Shown piece by piece: positions 12,783 through 25,429 of a stretch of 64,000 nucleotides of DNA. Each line of letters starts with the position of its first letter. Within the stretch, counting starts at the first letter, position 1. The translations under genes were made by a program, and so were the position numbers. The notes under the pieces are model-generated. The model made no database searches and had not been told where the DNA came from. It worked only from the letters and a program-made list of their open reading frames with translations. The stretch comes from Priapulus caudatus. Lineage: Eukaryota. The stretch lies in contig NW_014577074.1 of the NCBI RefSeq assembly GCF_000485595.1, positions 1,247,420 to 1,311,419 on the forward strand. The letters are read 5' to 3'.

Positions 12783-13554
12783 AGGGATCCTTTACTCTAG
12801 GTTCTAGGGTTATTTTCAGTTAATTTAGGTTAAAATTACGCTACATTAAAAGTTTCATGGTTCAATCACCATTAGAAATTTTTTTTTTAATGTTAAAAAA
12901 CTAACGACTACAGTTTGATTACAACGACGGTGGCGCCACACAAAGCGCACGTTCTGAAAAGTTGCGCAAAACGACTTTTCAGCCAAGGGCTACAGACCGA
13001 GGGTGTTTCTTATTTATTAATTTAAAAGCAAAAGGATTGTAATATCTTATAAACGACATATAGTTTCAGTTATATTAAGGATAAATTTGTCCTAAAATGA
13101 ACATCGTTCGGTTAAATAGCATTTAGGTATAAATATAATTGCACCTTTGTGATTAGCCCTCGGTCTGTAACGTGCAACATCTATTGGGAAATGCACAACT
13201 TTTTCAGGGTGGCAGCACGGTTGCGGGTGTCAATGGCGCCGTTCAAATTTCGTAGCGTTGATGGGGTGATACTCCATTAGGAGTGTTCCCAACTTTAATG
13301 TCATTAATGGTCATGATAATATATTAGTTTGTGGTTTAATGTCATTTAGGTTAAGGTTAGGGTTAGGATTATCAATCATTAATCATTAATGATATCAAAG
13401 TTGGGAACACTCCTAATGGAGCGTTAGCCCATTAATGTATAATTAATTATAACAATTAAATTAGGTATCTGGTAACAAGTATGTGTGGGTATAGACGATT
13501 TGTTATACAGTAAGTACAGTTGTATGCAGTAAAATCCTAGAGTCTAGTATCCCT
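12783..13554. mobile_element. Kolobok-like MITE copy 2
   Basis: TTAA flanks and termini AGGGATCCTTTACTCTAGG / CCTAGAGTCTAGTATCCCT. Near-identical to 35243-35848 apart from a nested insert. Confidence 0.85.
13263..13430. mobile_element. Small foldback MITE with a central TTAGGG-like tract, nested in the Kolobok MITE
   Basis: ~45-bp inverted arms (ctccattaggagtgttcccaacttt), AT on both sides, absent from the 35243 copy. Confidence 0.75.
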
Positions 13555-16500
13555 TTAATGGTAACGTAGGATACAAAACTGCAATCAGCCATCCTCCATT
13601 ACTATACATGCATGCCAGGGAAAACACATTTGCGCCAGCGACACCTATATAGAATTTCAGCATTTTAAACAGCATGTAGAATTTACATTTAAGGGACCGC
13701 TTGCCAGTACAGATGACAAACATCGCGCAGGATGGCTAGGCATGTGGATAGGACAACAAGGTAGGGAAGTCTACAAAACGTTCATATGGGCTCAGGGCCA
13801 AAAAGACGACCCCAAAGAAATTCTCAAGAAAATTGAAGAATATGTCCGACCTAGGAAAAACAAGCGAGTAGCGAGATTCAAGGCTCAAGAACGATCTCAG
13901 TCAGAAGGTGAAACGTTTGGTAATTTTGTCAAAGATCTGAGGATTCTATTGATGGACTGTGAATACACACACCCGGATGACATTATGATTGACTTAATCA
14001 TCAATGGCGTACGACACCGTAAGATACAAGAACGTCTTCTAGATCAGTGACAAGAGCTCACTATAGCAAAGGCTATTGAAATAGGGCAGCAATTTGAGTT
14101 ATCACAGAGCCAAATGAAAACGATGCATGGAGAAGAAATTCTCGCAGTCAAAACAAGGCGACACGTCAGTAACAGCTACAGGAAGGGACAACCCGTACAG
14201 CAGAAGCAGTTTTGGAGAAAGGAACGAGATTCCGCACAAGAAGCGAGGTATAGCTACAGTCATGTTAACAACTGCTCCAGCTGCAGCAGAGTTCACGATG
14301 AAGGAAAATGCCTGGCTAAAGAAACAGTCTGCAAGTATTGTAAGAAACCGGATCACTGGCTAAAGATGTGTAGAAAAAAACTCCGCCAAGTCAGCGGTAT
14401 GCGTTGCGACTCCGCGCAAGAGTGTGAAGACTCAAATGACAGCGACAGCTTACTACACATCCACGCGACACAAGATGCGCAGGAACCAGTGAACACTCTC
14501 TCTAGTGACAAATGGCTAGTGCACTTAAAGGTATACAACCACGACGTGCCGTTCAGAATAGACACAGGGTCGAAATGCTGCATTATAGTGAAACCACAGC
14601 TAGAAAGACTAGAATCTCTCGGTGAACGGTTGTCTGAAATCAAGATGAATCAAGAATCAAGATGTCAGTCTCTCAGAGAACGGTTAGTGGGGACAGTTAA
14701 CCTACCAGTGAAGTACAAAGAGAATCAAGCATGCGCACAGTTTGAGATCGTCGACCTGAATCAGGAAAACATTATCAGCGGTGATGTTGCTGAGAGCCTG
14801 GGTCTGATACAGCGAGTAGATGCTGTCGGAGAACTCTCCTCACGTGAAGAAATAGCACGTGATTATCCTGAATTAGTGGAAACCACAGGTACTCTGCCAG
14901 GAGAATACACTATAAAGATCAAAGAAAGCGAAAAAAGTGTGATCCATCCATCTCGCCGACTGGCAGCAGCAATAAAACCGCGTGCCATCGAGAAACTCAG
15001 AGAAATGGAAAGGAACGGATACATCCCGCCAGTGAGCGAACCAACAGAATGGGTCAGCTTCATGGTAGTGTCACTCAGAAAGGACAAAGTAAGGATCTGC
15101 ATAAATCCAAAAAATCTAAACAAAGTCATAAAAAGAGAACATCACCCCATGAAAACAATAGACGATGTAATAGCATGCATACCAGATGTGACACTGTTCT
15201 CAGTACTCGACGCAAAGTCAGGATTTCTACAGATAGAATTGGATCTGAAGTCGTCATACCTGACCACGTTCAACAGCCCTATAGGAAGATATAGGTGGCT
15301 GAGACTACCTTTCGGAATAAAGTCCGCACCTGAAATATATCAGCGGATCATGGACCAGATGATAGAAGGAATTGACGAAGCATTCGCCATCGTGGATGAC
15401 ATCCTCATCGCAGGTCGAAACCAAGCACATCATGACGAAATATTCAGGCAAGTAGTTGAACGAGCAACTCAGTACAATCTGAAGCTAAACTACGACAAGT
15501 GCAGCATACGACAACCAAGTGTACCCTACATGGGGCACGTGATCACGGCAGGTGGTCTACAGCCAGACCCAGAGAAGGTCAAAGCCATTGTCGAGATGCC
15601 AGCACCACGTGACAAGGAGGGAGTCCGCAGATTGCTTGGTCTGGCACAGTACCTAGCAAAATTTATTCCCAATCTAAGCCAAGTAGACGCACCACTGCAG
15701 AGCCTCCTGAAGTCAGATGTGACATTCGCATGAGAGCACGAACATGAAGACAGCTTCAAAGAGCTGAAACAGAAATGCAGTACATCTCCAGTACTAGCAT
15801 TCAACGACGTAAACAAACCCGTGCACATAGAGTGCGATGCAAGCAAAGACGGGTTAGGTGCTGTACTCATGCAGGAAGGTCGTGTTATTGCGTATGCGTC
15901 CCGTGCAATGACTGAAACTGAACAACGATACGCACAAATCGAAAAGGAAATGTTGTCGATAGTGTACAGCATGACCAAGTTTCACTGCTATGTGTTCGGT
16001 AAGAAGACCACAGTCCACAATGATCACAAACCGCTAGAACAGAACTAGCAAAACCACTACTGTCAGCTTCGATGAGAATTCAGAGAATGATGCTGAAATT
16101 ACAGTGGTACGACATCGAGGTTAGATACCGAAAGGGGAAAGAGATGCTTGTGTCGGATGCACTCTCCCGAGCATATCTACCCGGAAAACAAGTCGAAGCA
16201 GACGATCTTGAGGAAAGCGACGTGATCAGCATGATATCCGTCAGCAAATCCAGATACGTAGAAATCAAGGAGAAGACACAGTCTGAACTCCAAACACTAT
16301 ATCAGGTGATAAGCAATGGGTGGCCAGACAGCAGAAGTGAAGCTCCAGCTGAGGTGAAACAGTACTGGAACTCGCGAAGTAAGTAAGGGACCGAGAATTG
16401 TAATTCCGCCTACCCTATGCAACGACATGCTGGAAATAATACACCGATCTCATCTAGGCATAGTCAAATGCAAACAGCGAGCCCGTGAAGTTATGTACTG

Positions 16501-17566
16501 GCCTAGTATGAACTCGGCCATTGAGGACACAGTCCAGAACTGCAGTAAATGTGCAGAGTATCAGAACAAGCAGAGGGCTGAACCAATAATGCCGACTGTA
16601 ACTCCTGACCTGCCATACACCATGGTTGGATGTGACTTGTTTGACTTCCAGTTAAGCAAGTACCTACTGCTAGTGGACTATTACTCGAAATATATGGACG
16701 TCGTCAAACTGAGCTCAACTACAACCTCATCGATAACTAACGCCATGAAGCAAATATTCGCTTGCCACGGCATCCAACTGCAGATTCAATCAGACAACGA
16801 GCCACAATTCAGCTCGACTGAATTCAATAAATTCTGCCAGGCGTACGGAATCGAACATCAGACTTCCAGCCCGCACTTCCAGAGCTCCAATAGGGAAGCA
16901 GAGCGAGCGATACAAACAGTGAAACGCCTATGGAGCAAGGCAGAGAACAAATACTTAACTCTACTAGACTACCGAACTACACCGTTGGAGGGAATTAAAT
17001 TATCCCCAGCTCAACTTCTGATGGGCAGGCGCCCCAGGAATACCTTGCCTGCCTCTACGGAAATCCTAAAACCCAGAATAGACAACGCTATAGTAGTGAA
17101 ACACTTCAATAAAGAGAAGCCCAAACAAAAGGTCTATTATGACCTTAGGAAAGGTGTGAAGGAGCTAAAACCACTAGAACAAGGTGACAGCATACACATG
17201 AACCCTCTTCCAGGCTCCAAGTCTTGGAAATCGGGGACGGTGGTAAAGCACTATGGGAGACCCAGATCCTACGTCATCTGCAGCGGAGGTCGGCTGTATC
17301 GCCGCAATCGCAGACACCTCCGAGAGACATCAGAAGCAGCAAACCAACAGGACATCACTACAATGGACGACGGGCAGCTGGGCGTCAGCGACAAACAACA
17401 TGAGACCCGAAGAGAACCCGACACTGCACCAGAGGCGAGAGACGGGACAGCACGGACGGGTGACGGACACAATGACATCCTCCGAGAAAACCCCTGCACG
17501 TCTCCAATATACACAACAAGGTCTGGCAGGACTGTAAAGCCACCCAGAAGACTGGACCTATAATAA

Positions 17567-17735
17567 TGTGTTGATGTTACATATCGTAGAATGCAATCTG
17601 TGTTGAATGATGTTACATATCGTAGAATGCAATCTGTGTTGAATGATGTTACATATGATATCGTAGAATGCAATCTGTGTTGATGTTACATATTGTAGAA
17701 TGCCATCTGTGTTGATATTACATATTGTAGAATGC
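17567..17735 (+). repeat. ~30-37 bp tandem repeat in the Gypsy 3' UTR
   Basis: About five copies of tgtgttgaatgatgttacatatcgtagaatgcaatc. Confidence 0.9.
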
Positions 17736-17844
17736 TAGTAGATTTGTTAATTGTTCCAGTTCAGTATAGATCGAGGCACATATCCTCGATTTGATATGAG
17801 TAAGAAATCTTAAGTAACTTAGTATCAAAAGTAAGAAGAGGAGA

Positions 17845-17995
17845 TATAATATAATTGAATTGCATTATCCATAACATAAGCGAGTTAAAGCGACCATCCA
17901 TATAAATGAATAGAATTGTATTAGGGCTAAGCAACAATAAACAATAGAACAGGGCTTGTTAACTCAACATGGCATCTTCAGTGACTGATATTACA
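17845..17995 (+). repeat. Short 3' LTR (~150 bp) preceded by a polypurine tract
   Basis: PPT aagaagaggaga, then TATAATAT (mutated TGTAATAT)...ATATTACA inverted ends, with an internal AATAAA. Confidence 0.7.
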
Positions 17996-18095
17996 GACAC
18001 GTATATTAAGCATAGTGATGAAGATAAACATTCTATAATACGTGTAAGTGCATTAGCATATATTTAAAAAACTCTTATCATTTGTGTATACGTAC

Positions 18096-18233
18096 ACACA
18101 TAAGCCATCCAGGCGTTGGTTGTAAAGGCCAACAACAGAAGGCTAGCCATGCGGAAAAAACTGCTCATGATGGCGATTGCAATGTCATGAATTTTCATCA
18201 GTTGTTTCAACACTGGCATCAAAATTAGTAGAG
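18096..18233 (-). CDS. SLC46: SLC46-family transporter, coding exon 3 (ALLILMPVLKQLMKIHDIAIAIMSSFFRMASLLLLAFTTNAWMAYV)
   Basis: tgtttcag/gtacgt splice sites, 138 nt, phase 1-1, two hydrophobic segments. Confidence 0.9.
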
Positions 18234-18456
18234 CTGAAACAAAAACAGTTAGATTGGTGTAAGATATAAGGCTTCAATCATGATTTGGATTGTAATGCAT
18301 TAGCAACTGGAGTATAGAACCTTGCTCAAGTGACATGAGAATTACTTATCATTTATCAAAATGAATAAAGGCTTAAATAACTAAATTTGACTACAATAAT
18401 ACATGCAATCATTATGAAAACATCAATCAGTATTAAAGTGTTTTCAATATGCAATA

Positions 18457-18791
18457 CAGGTACACCACCGATTTTCCGGAACCCTTCGTTCCAAGGCCTT
18501 TCCGGATCATCTGTTTTTCCAGACCAAAAGAGGTCCCATAATAATAATTCAACAATACACCTCTGAGCAACTAAATACCTCCCATCATCTCTAAAGCACC
18601 ATGCACTGCTAGAAATGTAAACAAGTATTAAATGTAAATTAATGTAAACCACCACTGATACTTGCACCTGCCTTAGATGCCATAGCTAGGGTAAAATTTG
18701 AGCAAAACAAGGTGGTGGCCACCAGGTGAATTTTATCAGGACTAAATGAGGTTTCAGACCATCAGTGTCCGGAAAATCGGTGGTGTACCTG
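18457..18791. mobile_element. Tc1/mariner (pogo/Tigger-like) MITE
   Basis: Perfect TIR CAGGTACACCACCGATTTTCCGGA with TA on both sides. Confidence 0.85.
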
Positions 18792-19242
18792 TACCAAGTA
18801 TTTAACCAAAGAAATTATAAATTATTTCATTGACCAGTATAATTTACATAATGAACATATAAATAATTATTAATACTCTTACACCAAAACATACCCAGTT
18901 AGCTCAAGAATTCCAACACACACATGAGGTGCAGGCAGATATTGGTTGATTATGTCATTTTTTGTAAGGGGACACAATGACACGCATAAAACGCATGAAA
19001 CAAAATAAGTAGTTATGGCATCATAAATTAAAAATGCCATAACCTTAGCACAATTCTTCACTTCAAATGTGAACTATTTACTGTATCTTATATAGGCCCC
19101 TGGTGTTCTGAACAAAATGACATAGTCATCGTGTAACAATATGCCCATTAAAACAGATGCAGAAATGATAGAAAGCAGAAACAAAACATGTGCGTTTAAA
19201 TCAGGAATATAGTGAGGATGAAGCTATACTTGAACTGGTAAC

Positions 19243-19685
19243 ATCCCAGTTGGCCTACTCCCATTTCGCCTACACCCATTTCCCCTACGTCCCATTTAGC
19301 CTACTCCCATTTCCCCTACGTCCCATTTAGCCTATTCCCATTTCGTCTACTCTCAGAATCGGCAATATGCCCATTTCGCCTACTACCATCGTTTCATTTT
19401 TATGCTACTGTATTTTCCATTTTTGTCAAGTTGTGTTCTCATTATTATTATACCTACGTTTTCTTCTGGTTCCTATAGTCTATGTATGCCAATCAAAACC
19501 ATATTTTATTATTTATAAATGATTATTTAGTGAACAAACCGATCGTAGACGAAATGGGAAAGGGGTAGATTTTGAGCGTAGACGAATTGGGGGTAGGCGA
19601 AATGGGTGTACGCCAACTGGGAATTTTGCTGTAGGCGAAATGCGAATTTTGCCCTAGGAGAAATGGGAGTAGGCCAACCGGGAAT
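19243..19685. mobile_element. MITE with inverted arrays of a ~16-bp unit (cccatttcgcctact)
   Basis: The left array of cccattt..cctac units is mirrored by gtagg.gaaatggg units on the right. AT-rich core. Confidence 0.75.
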
Positions 19686-20107
19686 AACTATGGGGTACGC
19701 CTAAACTCTGTTAAACCTTACAAAATTATATTTCCAAGCAAATGATTTTAGGTATTCAGGGCTGGAAAGTGGCTCGTTTACAGCTGCAAATTTTAAAGGA
19801 TTTGTGCCTCACTGTTTGGTAATATTTAAAATATTTCCTTAATTCTTTACACGCATTGCTTTAGCTGATTATATGAATAACAAATGAGCCAAATCAGAGG
19901 ACTACTACTGAAATGCAACCTTTAGAAAAGTGAGCACTTTGTGAAAAAGGTTAGCTGATGAGCTGTAATGCCATAATATTGTATTTGACAGATGCCTTGC
20001 ACAGCTTCATCTATAATACATGCATGTCAAATACAAAGATAAACTGAAAGTAACTGATCGCCCGAGTGGCCGAGACAACGTACACAGTGTGCATGTGAAA
20101 ATAAAAT

Positions 20108-20595
20108 TGTAACATGTGTTTTGCAGGTGTTGCATGAATTAGTCAGCGAGGTTGGGCTGGAGGTTGTTTTGGTGGTGGTCTGTGTAGAGGGAGTGTCGCG
20201 CATCTTGTGCGGCTGGATTGATGTTATGGAAAGAATGGTAAACGTGTTTTAGGTCAGGCGTTTCTAGGGTCATTGTGAAATGGGGGTAGGACGCAGTCTG
20301 GGAGAACGGGTACATGTGTGCGCAGGATGTAGGGGTTTTGGGGGTAATATATAGGACAGAGATGTAGGAGTCAGTGGAAGGCTGGTTGTGGTCGCGGGAG
20401 AAAGCGCACGCACTTATGTGCGTGTGTGCGTTGCTTTGTTGTTGTGTGCAAATTATTAAACTTTAAAGGTTAATTATTCAGTTTAATACACAAGTTTTGG
20501 ATCTACTTCATCATTTATACATCGAACTTTTAATTCAACATTACATTTTGGTGCCGTGACCAGGAACCTCTATGAACTTTTAATTCAACTTTACA
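20108..20595 (+). mobile_element. LTR retroelement remnant: LTR + tRNA-His-type PBS + tip of a second LTR
   Basis: TGTAA...TTACA (20108-20545), PBS tggtgccgtgaccagga (20549-20565), a repeat of the LTR end gaactttttaattcaac.ttaca, and AAAT on both flanks. Confidence 0.65.
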
Positions 20596-20952
20596 AAATA
20601 AACAAGAAGAAATTTTAAAAATAAATGCTAAACACTAGTGTAAAATATGTGGCATTGTGCTAAGATGTTGGGTACCATACACAGACAGCCTGTATAGGTT
20701 TGAAGGTTATTGGTATCACCATTGCCCTAGCTGTACCCAGTTTGTGTTCACTACGTGATGCTTGTACATTAATGTGATGTCACAACTAAACTGTAAATGG
20801 GGTACAAGCCGGTACTGGAGATTACGGTACGCATATATTTGCTAATATATTGACTAATCGTGCGTCACTAAACTCAATATTCACAAGCTCGACTTTAATT
20901 TTCATGAGACACACACCCTTTCACTATTGTCATCTTCACACCATAAACTTAC

Positions 20953-21054
20953 CAGCCATCATAGTAACAGCAATAGCTGAATTGTAAAAGCCATACATGG
21001 TGGATGACCACGCCAACACAAGTTTTGTGAAAAGGAAAGTGACATCACCTATTC
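20953..21054 (-). CDS. SLC46: SLC46-family transporter, coding exon 2 (GIGDVTFLFTKLVLAWSSTMYGFYNSAIAVTMMA)
   Basis: cttcag/gtaagt splice sites, 102 nt, phase 1-1. Matches the SLC46 GxxDVxxLF...W....G pattern. Confidence 0.9.
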
Positions 21055-21532
21055 CTGAAGTCCAAGAATTAAGAAAGAATAAGAAGTTCTGTTATAGAAA
21101 GGTTGAAATTGATTGTTTCTCAACACGTGCGTATACCTAACATAACAAGAATAGCGTGTGTTGCTGAGAAATATCCAAACTCTGATGGCGTCCAGCTGAG
21201 GACCTTCTTAAAGAATAGCCAGATGACGTCAACTATGCCTGTAAATATTATAACGAATTCACCAATAAATTTCGTTCATGCACAACATTAAAAAGTTAAA
21301 TTATCACGAAGTTTCTCATCCATGAAAAAAGTTTACGATTCGAAACGCATTACTGTTCAGATTACACTACAAGCAAAAGCTTTCATTAAATTTTAGAAAT
21401 AGAACATACACATGATATCAGATATATCTTACATGTGCATTTATACATGATTTTAAATCGAGAAGACGAACGTGTAAAGTAACACCCTAAAACCTGCTCG
21501 CTATTCATCAACGTGTCACTCTGACTCTGTAC

Positions 21533-22442
21533 CTGCAAATATGATGACTTGCACAAACATGATGAGATTGAGCAGGATGATGTAGACGCGATGGTTATGA
21601 GGTCTTCGCTTGAACGTCGTCTGCAAACACTGGCGCACGTGCTCAATGTGGCACATCTTTTCACAGAAACCCCCTTGCTGGTCAACAGGCTCCTGGGGAC
21701 TCGGCACGTGTCTGTCCTTCACGACAAGCACTACGTACAGACCGCAAAGGACGTAGAGGCTGGCGACGATGCTAAATACGGTCACGTAATTTGTGTGGTC
21801 CTTAAGATAGCCTCCGAATCCAACTCCCAAGGCCGAGCCGAACGGCACCATCGCTTCCAGGATAGCGACTCGCACGGATCTACTTTTCACGTCCGTAACG
21901 TCGGCCAGGTAACTGAACACGGACATGAGCAGCGCGGCGTACTGACCAGAAAAACCTGACAGAAACACGCCGATTAGGATGTAGCCAATCCACGAGTTCT
22001 TGTAGTATAGGCTGAACAGTACGGAGACGACGAGAAGAAACTGCCCGATACAGGGTGCCAGCATCGCAGGTTTGCGTCCAAACGAGTCCGACCAGGAACC
22101 CATGTAAATGCATATAAAGATTGACGGCACCGTGCTTGCGATGTTGAAATACATCGTCCAGTAACTCGAATGTGTTTGAACTTCGTTCTCCATAGTGTCT
22201 AGCTGCTCTTCCGTGAGGTTTAGGGACACGCTGGCATTCACGTCCTTCCTGTTTATTATAGCCTCGCACACAGTTGCATTCTGATCGTACGTGGCCAGAC
22301 ATATCTTCTCATATGTAAATGCTTGAAAGACTGGGTAGTATAGACAAAGGCCAAGCATGTACAGAAAGAGTACTGGCTCGACAGTAATCATGCCCGCATA
22401 TTTTCTCAGACATTCAATGGTATGTGACACTATCCGAGGCAT
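21533..22442 (-). CDS. SLC46: SLC46-family (proton-coupled folate transporter-like, MFS) transporter, large first coding exon
   Basis: ITVEPVLFLY, GSWSDSFGRKP (MFS motif A), FSYLADVT..RSVR..ILEA and multiple TMs. Donor GCAG|gtacag. The start is either MPRIV (22442) or MITVEP (22391). The paralogue (A1 vs A3) cannot be assigned. Confidence 0.93.
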
Positions 22443-22624
22443 CCTTGTCAATTTTCTTATTTTGGTATGCAATTGCAGGGAATGTGTGCAGCTCAAATGG
22501 ACATCTGCTGTAGGTCATCAGTGGAATTTCTCCTAAAAATAAAAAAAATACACATATATACAGTAATCAGGGTTCTTCCTAGGAATTTTAGAAGGCATGT
22601 CATTTATAGAACGATGGGAAAGGG

Positions 22625-22778
22625 CCCGGGAGCGAGTTTCTTTTTCCCAGTCGACATATCCCGACCAGGGATTTAGCGCCTTCTGATTGGCTGCTTCGAT
22701 TTGCTTTTGCCTTTGACAAGAGAACAAACGCCCATTGGTAACATAGCGAAGAATTGCAATTATTTTGCAATAATAACC

Positions 22779-22813
<35 letters not shown>

Positions 22814-23221
22814 TCCTAACCCTAACCCTAATTTAATTTAATTAACACTAATAAATAAAAATTAAATTATTAAAAAAAAATTTTCATTAAAATATTTAAT
22901 GGTTGTAAATCAATCATGCAAATATTTCCGTTAATTAGAAAACAATAGTTAAATGGATAAAGATAGAAAATACAGAAAACAAAAAAATAATTAAAAACCA
23001 AACCGGATTCAAACCAACGACCTTTCAGAAGTAACGCCGGTGGCCTACGCACCACGCCACACAGGATATATAAGAAACAGTACATGACATATGCTAAATA
23101 AGCAAACACGCGCTGTTTTGAACCAATCAGGAGGCAGGATGAACCAATCAGAAGCCAATCAGAAGGCGCTAAATTCTTCGACTGGATATGTCGACTGGGA
23201 AAAAGAAACAAGCGGCCCGGG
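22625..23221. mobile_element. MITE with long TIRs, an internal (CCCTAA)n tract and a tRNA-like segment
   Basis: CCCGGG ends, ~65-bp TIRs (tttctttttcccagtcgacatatcc...gcgccttctgattggct), an AAGGG 5-bp duplication, and telomere-like repeats at ~22775-22830. Confidence 0.8.
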
Positions 23222-23604
23222 AAGGGGTTAACCGTTTCGGATGAGGTCAATTACGTGTGTCATATGCAGTCTCAATACAGAAGTAAACTCGATCAGTTCG
23301 GAGATGTAAATATCAAGCTGTAAAAACATAGCACGGCTGTGTTACAATCGTCAAATATGAACGTAGCTGGAAACCATGACACGCCGATTAGGCAATTAAG
23401 GCATGTCAGAGGATTTCTGGGATGTCATAAATTAGCTTCAGCATTGACATGCGTGTCAGACCCAGCATGCATCAAAGGAGAACTCTGGCAATGTGCAACG
23501 TATAGACCATTCTTAATTATTATTCATGACCTGGGGTCACGCACGAAAACGAGGCTAATCTAGGCAATTTTGTAAACAATTGCTGCTCAGGCAGGCACGC
23601 ACAA

Positions 23605-23950
23605 GCGGGGTACACGCCACGTTACACGCGGGTACACGCATGTACACTCAGATACACGCACGTACATGCGGGTACACGCACGTACACGCAGATACATGCA
23701 CGTACACGCAGATACACGCACGTACACGCGGGTTACACAGAGATACACGCACGTACACGCGGGTACACGCACGTACACGCAAGTACACGCACGTACACGC
23801 GGGTACACGCAGATACACGCACGTAAACGCAGATACACGCACGTAAACGTACACGCAGATACACGCACGTACACCGGTACACGCACGTCACCGCCGCGTA
23901 CACGCACGTCACACCGCGGGTACACGCACGTACACGCTGGTACACGCACG
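23605..23950. repeat. 10-bp-period minisatellite (tacacgcacg / tacacgcggg / tacacgcaga)
   Basis: Direct repeats. Source of spurious ORFs. Confidence 0.9.
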
Positions 23951-24770
23951 TTAACACAAAAGTAGGTTGCACCAGCTGCACGCCTGCGAATGAGTGAAGT
24001 GCTATAGTTGTAGAACTCTCATGCAACATACATGCCATGTTGGATGCAAATTAAGAAAAATATTTTTAAGTCCTGAAAATAATTTCAGCTTCCCCCCCCC
24101 CTCAACACACACTAGCTCCATCTCTCGCTAACCTTGAATTCTTATGGAGCCAGTTAACTAGGCCTACCCATGTATAAAATCTACACCCACACAAGGTACT
24201 AAGACTGGCTCTTGATGTAACATACATAACTAGCATGGAGAATGATATCAGTTTTACTAGCAGCCTAAAATGACCTGCCTAATGAGGATCAACTAACAAA
24301 TGCTAAAACGCACCTTGATACCATAATTTGGTATAAATTATAATCTATAAGTCGGACAGCCTACGCGAAACATCAGTGTTTTATGTTTTATTATTTCATT
24401 ATAATTTATTTCATAGTATACATGACTAGTTATTATTATATTATACAATTTTATGAAATATAATTTGTGCAGTTCCAAATAAAACTAGGTCAGATTATAC
24501 CAACTTAAATGTCACACACAATGTACGAATATTGGATTTAGAAAATTTGTCACATATTTAGGAACAGCCGGGAACACATGAGTGGAGAGATTATAGGTCA
24601 ACTTACAGAAAATGTGAACAATATTTTAAAATTTATTTACGGATATTGAAATACATATATAGATGTGTATAAAAATGTAAAAATAAGTGGTAGACTTTCC
24701 ATACTTTGCGTAACTATCCTCAGTAGTGCACTATCCTCCAGCTGCATTTCTTTATGTGCTTGCAGCTTAT

Positions 24771-25429
24771 CAGGGGTATCCAGGATTTTTTCTGGGTGGG
24801 TCGTGATCATAATTTTTTGGACCTTTTCACAATGCAATAGCAGCAAGATGTGATTACAATGTCATTACAAACAGGGGCGTGTACAGGATTTATACCAGGG
24901 GGGGTCTAATTGTAACCCAAACTCGGTAGCACGCGGGGGGGGGTCTGCATGGGGGGCCCTCCCCCAGAAAAATTTTGAAATTAGACCTCCTTAGATGCGT
25001 TTTCTCGCGGAGCAGGGGGGGCGCGACCCCTGGACCCCCCCTGTACACGCCCCTGACAATTTAATTAAAACCAAAAAATTTGTTTCCAAAAAAAATTTAT
25101 CAGTTTAAAAAAAACAAGTTTTCTGATTCAGTTTTTTGAACTTTTTGTCTTTATCTTGTCTTGTCTTTGTCTCTTTGTCAGTCTTTGTCTCTCTTTTATG
25201 AAACAAAATTTTGTTTAAAAAAAAGGCTCAGTTTCAGAATTGCTGGAATTGGGATAGATTTACGTCAACGTAATTGGCAATGTCTTTGGACTCATTGCTG
25301 GTACCTGATCTTATCATTTATGTCATGTGTAAAAAGCGCCTCGAAAAAAATGTCTTGGAAAAAATGTGACCTTTTAAAATGTTTGGGGGGTCGTACGACC
25401 CTCACCACCCCCCCCTGCATACACCCATG
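24771..25429. mobile_element. hAT-like MITE with 5-bp TSD, containing a nested related MITE (24872-25055)
   Basis: Outer element CAGGGGTATCCAGG...CCTGCATACACCCATG flanked by CTTAT. Inner element has the perfect TIR CAGGGGCGTGTACAGG, flanked by acaaa/acaat. Confidence 0.65.

Larger units (their letters stand above)
13600..17995 (+). mobile_element. Ty3/Gypsy LTR retrotransposon (gag-pol with stops; 5' LTR missing), antisense inside an SLC46 intron
   Basis: Gag with Cys/His knuckles, protease IDTGS, RT (LDAKSGF, LPFG, IVDD), RNase H (CDASKDGLGAVL, YAQIEKE), integrase (HRSHLG..CSKC, VDYYS, SDNEPQF, SNREAERA), C-terminal TTRSGR..PPRRL. Stops near 14048, 15731, 16046 and 16384. Confidence 0.95.

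Noticed and set aside
21549..22302. Alternative-frame and antisense ORFs over the SLC46 exon
   Set aside because: They are shadow ORFs of the real exon.
22775..22830. Telomere or chromosome-fusion site
   Set aside because: It is a short tract inside a TIR element with a TSD.
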